Positions 13,901 to 25,833 of a stretch of 64,000 nt of DNA are shown piece after piece. Source of the DNA: Tubulanus polymorphus (Eukaryota > Animalia > Nemertea); contig NC_134026.1 in assembly GCF_964204645.1 (NCBI RefSeq), forward strand, positions 4,797,950 through 4,861,949. The letters run 5' to 3'. Both the position numbers and the translations under genes were made by a program. The notes beneath the pieces were generated by a model. That model was not told where the DNA came from, did not search any database, and was given only the letters and a program-made list of their open reading frames with translations. Within the stretch, counting starts at the first letter, position 1, and each line of letters begins with the position of its first letter.

Positions 13901-16268
13901 CATTCAATGAACTGAGTTTGGGGCTGCTCACACTCAACTTGGAGACAACCGCTTGAAAATTAATGGCCTGCGGCTCCAAAGAGAGTGTCACTTTATTGAA
14001 TGACGTTTTCTTATTTTAGTTTTCCATTTCTTTGTATCGTGTCATCAGCTTTTAGAAATATCTACACCTGTATCACTGCTTATTTCATCAGCTGAATCAC
14101 AAAGAGACTACTAAAATCTGCGTTCAGATTTTTGCTGTAGGGCTAACACGCATCTATTATATTTTCGTAGATTTATTCGTTTTCGATATTTACCAAATGT
14201 TCATCGCTGTGATGGAAGAAGAGTTAAATCGATCAAACTTCATGGAATCTCAAACTGAACTTTGTAGCTGTATTTCTAAAAGAAGCTTCAATAGATATAA
14301 AAATTTTGTGTATTTGTTTTTCTCATAAAAACTGCAGTAAAACTAACTATATACACTTCGTACGTTTTTTTTTTGGTCCATTGCAATAATTCAATGCTTC
14401 TTGGACGTAAGCAAAAAGACCCATGTGGTATGGACTACACAGCTATTAGCTGTCTGGCTTCTATAACACCATTGAAGGCATGAAAAGATCAGTGGCCATT
14501 TCTTCTGCCGCCGAAGCCGAGTCGATACGTATCTCGGCGAAGCCAATGGACTCCTTTTTAGCGACGAGAGACACAATGAAATCAGATGATCGATACTTCC
14601 GATGCGTATTTGCGTGGCATTGATGTTCCTACGTACAATTCAATGACGAAAATAGATTACCGTCCGGAATGCTTTAAACATACATCGAATCTCCTGTACG
14701 CTTATATATGGTATGGGATCGAGGATTCATGTACCAGTATTCGTAGAACTTCATCTTAACGTAGGTGAATTGCGCGGATTCTGTAAGTACCGATAATCAT
14801 CTTAAACCTCTCTCCGACGGAGGCTGTCTATATGTATATACCTGTTGCAGTCACTATTCCATCTCTCTCGAGGCGTACGGCTGCATTAACGGCGCGCTCA
14901 AATACTGATGCTAATTCTCGATAGACGTCAAGAATGTACACTGAAGTGGGTGGACACCCTTGCCTCAGAATTGCCGATAATCCACGACTAACCGGAAATT
15001 GTATCGAACTGCGATATCGAACTCGCAGCTAGATCTAAAGATGCATTAAAGCTTTCGCATATTGCGTCGATAGCTCGATATCGAATCCTATACTCCTTCA
15101 ATCGGTAAATACGGTACATAGTCAAAACTACTTCGAAACACCGAGTTGAGATCGAGTGAGATTTTCAGAACGAAAGCCGAACGGCAATTTCACATCCAAT
15201 AGTTAGCAATCGAATGGGTTCATAGTTGGTCTAAATGTGTGCCTGATATAGCCTTAAAACCATAGAATCGACTGATATTGATTTAAAACGGTGGCAGATA
15301 TCTTAGATGATATTACATGTTCTTTATATATATACACGTAAGGTTTCCATGTTCATAATAAGACATTCATGTTTTCGATGGTGTTATTGGTCACGTATAT
15401 TGTATGACATGTATCAACGGATGGCCTATAATTAGGTGTCGATGATTACCGACCGAATTTGGGCGGAGACCTAAATGATTGTTGGTCATAAGACGGGTGC
15501 GTAATTAAACTTCGAGCGATGAATTTCTGAATAATTAATTTGGATTAATTAAAACCCTATTGCTCTATACGAGGAAATTGAGTTACTGATGAAAATTACC
15601 AGGCTACTGTGTGTGACTTTGAAGCCCATTCTGGATTTCTGGGCGATTTGTTGCCGATTTCCGTTGCTAGGGACAAATCCGGGTCTCGAAATTGAAAACT
15701 TGGCAATAGGGAGAAAAGCGATGGAGCGAGAAAAAAACAGTAGGAAGTTGTATATTACGGGTGAGAAACTCATCTCGTATGTGAGCTGGATTTGGAAAAC
15801 CGTTACTCTCAACCGAGTAGCAATCAGCGGAGGAAATGGACCAAAAATATCCGTTATGCGGCCGCATTTCGAATAATTTCCGTCAGCATCAATCCGGAGC
15901 CAAACCATTACGCGTAGCACGGTGTGATGAACTGAAGCGTCACGCGTTGACCACGGGTCATCTGATTCACATCCCGCTGTCGCGATTACATATGACAGGT
16001 CCTCGGCGAACTTCCGACAACGGTCTTACGCCGAATGGTTGATATCATTAGCAGAATATATGGATAATCGATAACGCCATATTTTCGGAAGAATGGCTCT
16101 TTGCATGGAAGCTAAGTTGCTATAGTTGATGTGATATATAGGAGAAAGGTGATGAAAGGTTCAAGCAATCAGTTGTTAAGTTGTATTTGCATATTTCTAT
16201 TACCTGCTGGTACTTTCAAGCTGCATTTCCCAAATACTAGGAAAGCTTTGGAAAAGTTGTTGGAAATC

Positions 16269-16554
16269 TAGATATTGGACATCCAGGTTAAAGACATATA
16301 CTGAGTGAAGAAAAATCTTGAGGATAGGAAAGTGTCTTCTAAAGCTTTAAGTATTCTCAGTAGTATGGGTATTGGCACAGCCAACTGGGGCTAGCCACAT
16401 TAGCTGTTAGCTCGATAAGTTGCCGAGTTAGTTGTGCAAGAAACCATATATAACTATACTACTGAATACTTACAGCTAAGACACTTTCATTTTTCTCAAG
16501 ACAGTTTTCTTCACTTGAGAATATATGTCTTCAAACTGGAAGTCCAATATACTA
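16269..16554. mobile_element. Foldback / palindromic MITE-like element of about 285 bp
   Basis: Left arm TATTGGACATCCAGGTTAAAGACATATA..GTGAAGAAAA..TCTTGAG..GAAAGTGTCTT..AGCTTTAAGTATTC..AGTAGTAT matches the reverse complement of the right arm over about 110 bp with small indels. Confidence 0.8.
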
Positions 16555-17513
16555 CTATTTTCTAATCCTACTTTTCTGGTCAATACACTACGCTACGACC
16601 TATGCTGGTGAAAATTCTTGAAAATGTATAGATACATGAAAAAGAGGTTATAAGACTTATCAATTGTTAATGATTCAGATAGATCTCCTGTGTGGATATA
16701 TGAAGACTGTGACTACCGGTTTGCTATTCAATGGTAGACATTAGGAACTACAGAACTCGCATTGTCATACGATGCTGAGAAGGGAAACCGTTCTCATCCT
16801 GACAATATACATTAAAAACAAGGGAAGCATAGTATCATTTATTCTTGCAAAGTATGATTTCCTTCATGGTCCAAGATAAACGAGACCATTACATCATACG
16901 AAGTGTATAATTTTTATCAGAAATGGAAACCGAGCCTGAAGCTGAATGTTGAAGATGAGTGTTTTAAATAACGTTAGCTCACAAGCGATAACTAGTCCTT
17001 CTACGTAATTTTGTTCATGGTTTTCGTCAGCCATGCTCAAAGAGTGGTAGTTCTGAGCGCAGGAAATATGATTACTGAGTATAATGAAGTGTTAGAAGAT
17101 ACGAGCCAATGTTACGATGCATCATGCTGAACTGATTCCGGACGACGGCACTGGCAAAAATGCGATATGCAAACGATGGCAGTCGGTTTCGTGGCAGACA
17201 GTGTTTTAATGGAGATAAATTGTGCCGGACAAATTTTCATCGGCACATCGAGCTAAGAATTGAGAATCGCATCCGATGGGATTTCTAAATCAAGTGCGGC
17301 TCTGACTGTAAATGCTGTATTTGATGGAAAATCCTGTCAAACCTGATGTCGCTATTAATTCTGACTTCTCCATTATATACATTCATGGATACGAATTTGT
17401 ATCACGCCACGCGATTTGACGGCCATTGCTTCATCTCTGATAAACTAGTTCGATTCTACCATTTTTATGCAATGATTGATTCAACCATGAATGTATTTAC
17501 TCTGTCTTTTCAG

Positions 17514-17586
17514 AAATATAACAGTACCGGTCCGATCGTTCGTTGAAATATACCGCAGGATTTAGCTCAATACCAGTCAGAATCCG
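17514..17586 (+). other. Putative internal 5' UTR exon (73 nt)
   Basis: Acceptor TTTACTCTGTCTTTTCAG| and donor CCG|GTGAGT. Stops in all three frames and no ATG. Confidence 0.65.
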
Positions 17587-20170
17587 GTGAGTAGCGATTC
17601 TGTTTTGTATTCATGTCAATCGTCGCTGTGAGAACCTTGATGAAATTGTCTCTATTGTTGAATACGCGAAAAAAGCCTGATTTGAATTGCTTCGTCTTCT
17701 TAGCATCTTAAGTCCATCGACTAAATGTGTCAAACTTGCAAAAATGTTTGCAATGCAGCAAATGTGCGCGCTAATGGAAGCTTGTTTTTATGAGGAAGCA
17801 TTTAGGCGCCAAGAAAATAAATACCACTGCTCGAGTTATCCACAAAGTAACCTGATCAACAAAATTAAGTCTTACCAATTCCACTGTAAACTAATTCATA
17901 GATAGACAATGATGGGGGCACGCTGGGGGGAGGGGGGGGGTGATCTAGTCGGGTGACTAAATTTTTGGTAAACTCGCCTAGTGTTTCAGGAGTTTTAGGT
18001 GGATCCTCCATTGGAAAGTGGAAGTATGGTCGAGAACAGAATAATCGCTGATACCAAAACTTCTGATTTTGTCACTTGTGCTTTGTAACATGTATAATTG
18101 ATTACAGATACACGCGCATATATGTATATATCAACAGTAGCTATTACATAACTAGACGGAGGACTGAGAAATGATTACATGTGGCTACGAATTGGCTCTG
18201 AATTGCTGATGTCCCGGAGGATCAGTGCTGGCGAACTCATGCGCACATCATGGAGTCATTAGCTAACATTAAAAACTGATTGTTGCATAATGCATTAACT
18301 ACTTCGGCCACACACAAAACCACAAACTGTGTTGGATCTCATATAATATTACTACAAAATGCATAAAATGGCGGAGATTACGATACATTCACCATTAAAA
18401 AAAATCACACTTATGATCTTAGTATAGATATCGCCTTACTTGTTGGCATGATATTTGGTATTATCTTTAAACAAGAAAAATGACTCGAAAGTTGATTGAC
18501 ACTTGAAAAATAACACACATATACTGCTTAATATTGTCGACATTATATAATGCATTATAAATTATGTATGATCAAGGATCAATAATTGAATTGAATTGAC
18601 TCTATTGACCCCTAGTCTTGCCCAGATATATTGATTACGTAGTGCACACCCTCACACAAATTCACAAACCTTTTTACTAGTAATTGAACTTGGGGGAATA
18701 AACTGTACTTTTAATCATTATAACATCGCTACAGTTCTTCAGGCTATTATCTTTCTGCTGCCATGACATGATGGAAAACCATGCGTTTTGATCAACTTTT
18801 ATCTTCAGATGTTGTATTCGGTTCCATCATTATACACGTAGAATTATTTGATATATAGAAAGCGTTCCTATCAAAACTGTCTCGTATTTGTTGCTATTTG
18901 AAACTCTTGTGACCTTCGCAATAATAAGCTCCATCCATTGCTATTAGTGAAATATGTATTAGACTATAACCTTATTGTAACTGACTGAGTACAGCACGTT
19001 TTAAGATGGTAGGCAGTTACAAATTACTGCCATCGATTGTCATTACGGATATTACTTAAAACTAATGGAAAAAGACTCTTCTGCAGGTTTTAGAGAAGGT
19101 GAGCCGTTTACCGGGACATTCATTAGCTCACATGTTGGAGAAGTTTTATATAATTACTTATATCTCGTAGTGGGTTTTGTCAACATTTGCCGTATCGTTT
19201 TTCCGAACTGCACCGAACTCAACAAGCTTCAGTAACAGGTATATTTTAGTTATCATGTTATCGAGTAAGCGTTTAAGAGAACTCGTTCAGACAATGGCGT
19301 GCCATCGAAATCGATTCCTCGTTATAGAAAAATGTCGAACTTCTTCTTAGACATGTTTGTACGCGCATGTGCGTGTGTTTGTTAGTCGAAGTCCTTTCTT
19401 CGTCTTGTCGGATCGCTCGTGGCTGTCACCGTTTAACGGCGAACTATAATTATAATTCGTCGACTCGGTTTGTTTAAGAAGCCGCACTGGATCCGCCGCA
19501 GAAACAGTGCACCGATAATCGCGAACAACGCAGATAGATTCGTCGTCTAGGCGTCGAGAGAAAATTCAGTAGCCCCCGGCAATTTTCGTCTGAGGAATTC
19601 AATGTGACATTCAGCATTGCTGTTTTAATTGTCAGATACGTCGACATTGACGTCCATCATTAAATCTAATAACCTACTGATCATAGAGAAAATATCGATT
19701 TGGTTTTTGAGTTATTACAACTGTTATCAGCTTATCAACTTAAAAAAATGTGATTTGTCAGTTCCTTACTCTCGGAGGCGTCTGCGTCGCATGCAATCCC
19801 AATCATTTGAGAAACCTGAATAATTTTGAATGAAGATATAAAATTTCGTGTATTGTTACAAATCTCACAAATCGCACGTAAATTCCTGCTTCTTAATTAA
19901 TTTCGATAGAGCATCTCCAAGCACTACATGAAATTTGGAAATTTGATCCGTTTAATTTTTCCTGCCTCAGAAAAATAAGACAACGGAAAATAATCAATCC
20001 TGTTGAACGGGATTCGTGTTGATGTCGATGAAGGATGTTCAATTGATTATCATCCCGATCACGAAATTTTATACAATTACAGAGAAAACTTGATCCACAC
20101 AGTGTGGCTTTGCCAAGACTGCACTCAAAACCCATGATTCCAGTAGAACATCAAATTTCGATGCTTACAG

Positions 20171-20463
20171 AGCTAACGATTTACTCCGGGCCAAATTGGC
20201 ACTGATCAGGCCTGAGTCAAATTTGGCTCATGCCTAATTAGAGAGTGCATTCACATGCAAACCACAAGCGAAGTGGGTCATTTCCAGTACCAGTTGCGAT
20301 TCACAAGCAAATGTACCATGCCAGAATTTGGCTCGGGCCTGGACCGATGTTTTTGGTCGGGTCAGGGTTAGACCCATTGGGACCCATGTGAAAAGTTGTT
20401 CAAGGCCTAATTTGGCACTGGCAAAATTTAGCCCAAATCAACAATGCTCGTGTGATAGTGGCT
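20171..20463 (+). mobile_element. Harbinger-like MITE family H, copy 1 of 8
   Basis: Shared core GGGCCAAATTGGCAC-GATCAGGCCTG...CTAATTAGAGAG...CATTTCC..ACCAGTTGC.ATTCAC...GATGTTTTTGGTCGGG. Right terminus CGTGTGATAGTGGCT|TTA. Confidence 0.8.
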
Positions 20464-20942
20464 TTAGCCATTGTCGGGGCAGCAATCTGGCAAACCCGGT
20501 GAAAGTGTACACCGGGCTTAAGTTATGAATCAAACTTATGATTACGATAACGTAGTTAATCGTCAGCTATGTTTTGTCCTCGAGTTTGTACTTCAGGCAA
20601 ACAGCCGTATTTATGTCAATAGCGTTGGGGGATGGTTTAATTGTTTTTGCTCGTGTAGTGTAATTTGTGGTAATCGTGGTTACACCACTATTCCCAGTCT
20701 AATAGCCGCGTAATGAAGTGCCTTGATTCTAACAGTAAGACTGACGTTGATTATCCAAGTCAAGGGTAATTTATAGATTGCTTTAACCCCCTTGGACCTG
20801 AACTATGTTTATTTTCGTTCTACTACGAGGTCTATGTATCTGTGAATCTACGTATTTGTAAATATGTAAAAAATGTGATAGTTTGAAATCTAAGAAGTTA
20901 CGCTGAATCGGAAGTTGAAAAACTAACATTCATGTTAGTTTT

Positions 20943-20984
20943 TCATTTTACCTGATGATATCATGATATCATCAGGTAAAATGA
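20943..20984. repeat. Perfect 42-bp palindrome with no spacer
   Basis: TCATTTTACCTGATGATATCA|TGATATCATCAGGTAAAATGA. Confidence 0.97.
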
Positions 20985-21489
20985 CCCAGCTATGTGTTAC
21001 TTTTCAATCAAATCACTGTGTCCAATTTTTATAATTGTGGGATGACAGCACATGGACTGCACGGAGTATTTTTTCGATCTATATATAAGCAATTCTACGC
21101 ATTCATATTGATGTGCTGTTCCAACAATAATGTTCTAAACATTGAGTGTGGTTACAAAGCTTAAGGGACAGCACCTCCCACTGAAATCAAACATCAATCA
21201 AATATTTCGTTTGATGTCGTTTTTCCATCTTTGCTTTGTTTTCTATGGTGGAATCATCACCAAGTTTTAGTGGGTGGGAAAGGTGGTGTACATACATGTA
21301 GGCCTTTGCTTATATACAAATGTTATTTTTACTGTATATGTTTATTGAGATGTCTTGAGGAGATGGTGTTTCAGGGGTATTATATATCGATATCGCAGAA
21401 CACATCAATGATGTCATTCCATGTCCTCTAGACGAAATTATCTTTTTATTTGATGGATAGGATACTTTTTTTCATGACTATTTTTGGGT

Positions 21490-21830
21490 CATTTTCCCCG
21501 GCAGGGACTCGTGTACCTGATGGCATCACTAGACTCAGCCACGGCATGAAACCCTGCTACACTAGACCGGGTGCACATGTACATGTGCAGGTTTGCCGCG
21601 CAAAAACTTGCCTATCAAATTGCCTGTTATATAATCCTGAGACAAATTTCATGGATAAAAACTCCAACTGGAAAAATCCACTGGAAAATAAAACATGATT
21701 TCTGATTGGCTAATAATGACATCATCTAAGCTGTGCATGTACGTGCGTACCCGGTCTAGTTTAGCTGGATTTCGTGCCGTGGCTTAGTCTAGCGATGCCA
21801 TCAAGTACGAATCCCTGCCGGGGGAGGATG
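21490..21830. mobile_element. Mutator(MULE)-like MITE with TIRs of about 95 bp, copy 1
   Basis: Long TIRs (CAT..TCCCCGGCAGGGA.TCG..CCTGATGGCATCACTAGACTCAGCCACGGCA.GAAA.CC.GCTA.ACTAGACCGGGT...). Flanks TTTTTGGGT (21481-21489) and TATTTGGGT (21831-21839) form a 9-bp TSD with 1 mismatch. Confidence 0.85.
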
Positions 21831-22417
21831 TATTTGGGTGCGCTAAGAATAATCTAATGTTTTAAGTTTACCCGCTGAAAGTAAAAATACGAATGATTCA
21901 AGCGTATCGATTTTGTATTTTTAGTGTCAAAATTCTCGAGTGGTGGTACATCGAGTAATATGATACTGACGTAACGTGTCATAATAGTCTATAATGCAGA
22001 TATAGAGATGTTCTTTCCGTATCATATTCGTTGATCTACCGTTTGCTTCCCGAGTATTAGTCGTAGTAAATACGAAATCGATTCGCCGGTGGCCGATGTC
22101 GCTCGCTACCCGAGTTTCGGGCGTTAATCTTAAGACAAACGCGGCGCGGCTCGCGTGTCAGAAGTGCGGCGTCGCCGAGCGACTGTGATGTTATTGACAT
22201 CTTGCGGTAGCGAGCGAAGGCAATTTATTGGACGCTCGCAGGGATTTATATGAAACGCAGTATCTATCATAGTCATCGTCGACGTGTCAAGTGATAAAGG
22301 TCGCCGCAGATAGCTCAACATTATATTTTTATTGGATCAGTTTTTTCAAGCTAATAAAGATTTTCAAAGGCATTTTGTAAGCGATAGGTAAAAGAGATTT
22401 GACGATCCTGGAAGAGA

Positions 22418-22736
22418 CATCGTCCCCCGGCAGAGATTCGAACCTGATGGCGTCGAGACTCGCCAAGGTATGAAACCCTGCCACACTAGCCCGAGTGCGC
22501 ATCTACATACACAACTTAGATGATATCATTAGCCAATCGGAAATCCAAACAGAGGATATTATCGCCGGTTTTTCCATTTATAATTTATGTATGAAATTGG
22601 CCTCATCGCGCAATCTGATTGGCAAACCTGCTCGTGTACCACACGGGCTAAAGTCTGTCCCAGTGGTGGCAGGGTTTCGTGCCGTGGCTGAGTCTAGTGA
22701 TGCTTCTCGGGTTTGAATCCCTGCCGAGGGAGGATA
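22418..22736. mobile_element. Mutator-like MITE, copy 2 (inverted relative to copy 1)
   Basis: Same TIRs. The internal CTTAGATGATATCATTAGCCAATCGGAAATC corresponds to the reverse complement of copy 1 GATTTCTGATTGGCTAATAATGACATCATCTAAG. No clear TSD. Confidence 0.85.
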
Positions 22737-23295
22737 TGAACAGTTTTTTGATGGATCGAATGATAACCGTATTGTGTGACCATCTTAGAAATCCTTAAGT
22801 TAACCGTACCTTTACCGTAACTAATAAATGATCAGGAATTGATCAGAAATGATTGATATATTTTACTTTGTTTCTGCTATGTGTATTACATAAAAGAACT
22901 GAACTAACTATATTGTGAACTTACACATTACCCTGTGATCAGATAATGTCCGTGATTTTTGATTTATCGATAGTGAACTATGAGAACCAAATAATGGTTA
23001 TTACGTGACTTATATAGCGTAGCAAACTTTATTCTAGGCGCTTTTTGTATGGAGTAGAGATTTTTTTTCAGGAATAAATGGAAGGGATAAAAGATGAAAA
23101 AGATTTAACTATTGCAGATGTTTTGACTTAACAGCAAAATAATAACAATTTTCCTATTTGTTGGAATCTTGGAAGAGCTGTAGAAATACAAAGGAATGAA
23201 AATTGTATTGTATTGTATTGAATTGAAACGATGGGAGAAATGAAGTAAACTAGCTTTTTTTGCAACTATTCAGATTGAAAGTCAAGACAGACTTA

Positions 23296-23515
23296 GGCCA
23301 AAAAAAATTGATACCTTGTTTCTCCGCTCTGCTGAGCTTAAATGTTGACCCGGCCGGCCGCCTATCTACCCTATACATTACTTTTTTTAAAATCGTGATC
23401 AATTTCACCATAACAGACCCGGCCGCTATAGAAATGAACTGTTTATAAATTTTATCATATTTTACAAAAATGACCCGGCCGCTGCGGAGAAACAAGGTAT
23501 CATTTTTGTTTAGCC
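23296..23515. mobile_element. PIF/Harbinger-like MITE (220 bp) with TTA TSD
   Basis: TTA|GGCCAAAAAAAATTGATACCTTGTTTCTCCGC ... GCGGAGAAACAAGGTATCATTTTTGTTTAGCC|TTA, with three internal GACCCGGCCG repeats. Confidence 0.85.
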
Positions 23516-24987
23516 TTATCAAAGAAAAAATAATAAAAAAGAAATTTTTTGGGATAAGAATAACGATAGAAATATATATAAAACAAAAGAAGATTTTCGA
23601 AAGCTCTACTCCAAAAAAGGCCTTGGCTACAAAAGGAAACTTCTGTATTGGACACATGGCCTGCTTGGAAAGTTCATGAAGTCTAAACAGAGAAATCAAA
23701 TAATTACACATCCAGTTTAATTTGAGTCGATATCATATATATAATTTCACTGCCAAATTTGATTGGTTTTCTATCCTGTAGTAAGATATTCAAGATCGTT
23801 GCCATTTTGAAATTTGACCTGGCAAAAAAAAGCAACTGATCTGATGTCAATTCTTAAGACATGTAAAGATCATCAAAAAATACAAACAAATTTTCATGGA
23901 ATCTACATTCAACACGATATAATGTCGACACGGATATATTCTTTTCTATGACATTTACGTATGCCCGTAGAATGCTGAATTATTTTATGACCGGTTTCAA
24001 CATTGTCGCGAACTGTTTGATAATGGTAGTAATAATAAAAGTAATAACGCGTATGCATTCCGTTTCGCTAAGTCATATCTCGGGATCCGTCTTCTCGAGC
24101 GAACTTTCTTTTTTCAAGCTTTTTGTGCGAATAAACGGCGAAACGTCAAGATGACTACGTCTATAGAGAAACTTATCGATTCTCAATACAAACGCATTGA
24201 ACTTTCTCGGAATGATTTTCTTTAACTATATTTAGAAGGTTATAACTGCGCGCCGCATTGAATTTTATACGTTATCGGTGATCACATGACATTTCGTAGT
24301 TTTTATTAATCGTGCACACACATCAGAACGCGAAAGAATTTTTAAATACTCAATACAAGTTTTAAGTTTTTTTTTCTGTCCCCTTGTCAAAACATATTCA
24401 TCATAAGACTATTGATAAAATACACGCAGTAAACTAATATCAAAGGACGTGTTTGTGTTACGTATCTGAAGATGACGTTTTTGTCTGAGGAGTTTACAAC
24501 ATCCCTGAGGCAGTCGTTCAAACAGCTAGTATGTCGAGTGTGAAAACTATACGATTTGAACGTTTAGCTCGCTAGGGGCAGACTTTGACTGTAGCACAAA
24601 GAAATGAAAAGGCCAAGCTGTTTAAAAGGGCAAGTATCCTCGTTGCCAAAACAGGAGTCTGGATAAATAAGGAATTTCAGTACCTGTCATAATGCAATTT
24701 CCAGGCACTTGAGTGACTAATAGAGGATAAAAGCGTATATACCGGTAGGGCAAAGTCTTGTACAGCGGACTGCTGCTGTATTAGTTCCGGGTTGAAAAGA
24801 GTTGCCCCAAAAATTGTGCAGTTTTTCTAAAGGGCACAGGAATATTGCGACAGGAGCTCACATTCTTTGGGCTCTCTCTGCATCCACCTGACCTTACCCT
24901 ATCGATAAACCATTAAATTATTTCATTTAGATTTTCAGTCTTAAGTCTGATTCTGAAGGCTTGGTATAGAATGGTTTAGGTCGTCAG

Positions 24988-25110
24988 GGGCCGGTTGCAT
25001 AGTCATGGCTTAGACTTAAGACATGTCTAAGACCAACTAAGCCAATCTAACAACTTAAGACCAGTCCTGATATTCAAGACCACTTTTGGACACGACTGTG
25101 CAACTGGCCC
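24988..25110. mobile_element. Harbinger-like MITE (123 bp) with CAG TSD
   Basis: CAG|GGGCCGGTTGCATAGTC ... GACTGTGCAACTGGCCC|CAG (15/17 TIR match), with internal TAAGAC repeats. Confidence 0.8.
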
Positions 25111-25814
25111 CAGGTCTATTGAAACGGACAGAAATGAGCTGACAGTTTTTTGCTAGGTTTCCAAAAATGAGCTTAGATCATGATTTGGGCTGAAAATGAG
25201 CTTAAATCGATCGAGGTTGATACCGTCTTAGTATTCAACTGAACATATGATACAATCATATAACGAGGAAGCGGGAGAAATCTCTGAAAAAAGACGCTAT
25301 TGAAACCACAGACAGTTGGATCTTTTGTGCTGTTGAAAAACATCTAAATCATAGAAATAGGTCTAGTTAATGATGGTACGATAGTCGAATGGCATTCTTT
25401 GATCACCTGCGCCATGTGTAACAATGTATATATCATTTGTCGGCATAAAATGGCTGAGGTACAGATACTGAATTACTATATTTGTCGAACTGAATGGTAA
25501 TTGGTAGTTTGACAAATAACTGATACCAATCTTCGAAATGAATATCTTGAAAAAGCGACAATTTTGGTATTACGTTGGATTTGTAAATCTGCACCTTATT
25601 TCTACAGCTGTATCATTCTATGACTTCAAGTCAAAATAAAAATAATACCCACAATGGCTGCCTGATGGCCATATTTGTTGTATTGTATGCTTAATATATG
25701 AAAAAAGATTTAATTCTAAATGAAGCAGATTTGATAATGAGATGTGTTACAGATATATAGTTGGTGGAATGATAACCCCCTGTAAAAACTTTCAAGGTCA
25801 CACATTTTTCCATG

Positions 25815-25833
25815 TGGCCACCAGGGGGTGCTG
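25815..25833 (+). promoter_or_regulatory. CTCF-binding motif match
   Basis: TGGCCACCAGGGGGTGCTG versus the canonical core TGGCCACCAGGGGGCGCTA (17/19). Confidence 0.5.

Noticed and set aside
17914-17940. G-runs as a functional G-quadruplex (also about 61756-61771)
   Set aside because: These are simple homopolymer tracts next to repeat remnants, with no evidence of function.
23250-23711. Longest ORF (153 aa, minus strand)
   Set aside because: It spans a MITE and AT-rich sequence, has F/I/K-biased composition and shows no recognisable domain.
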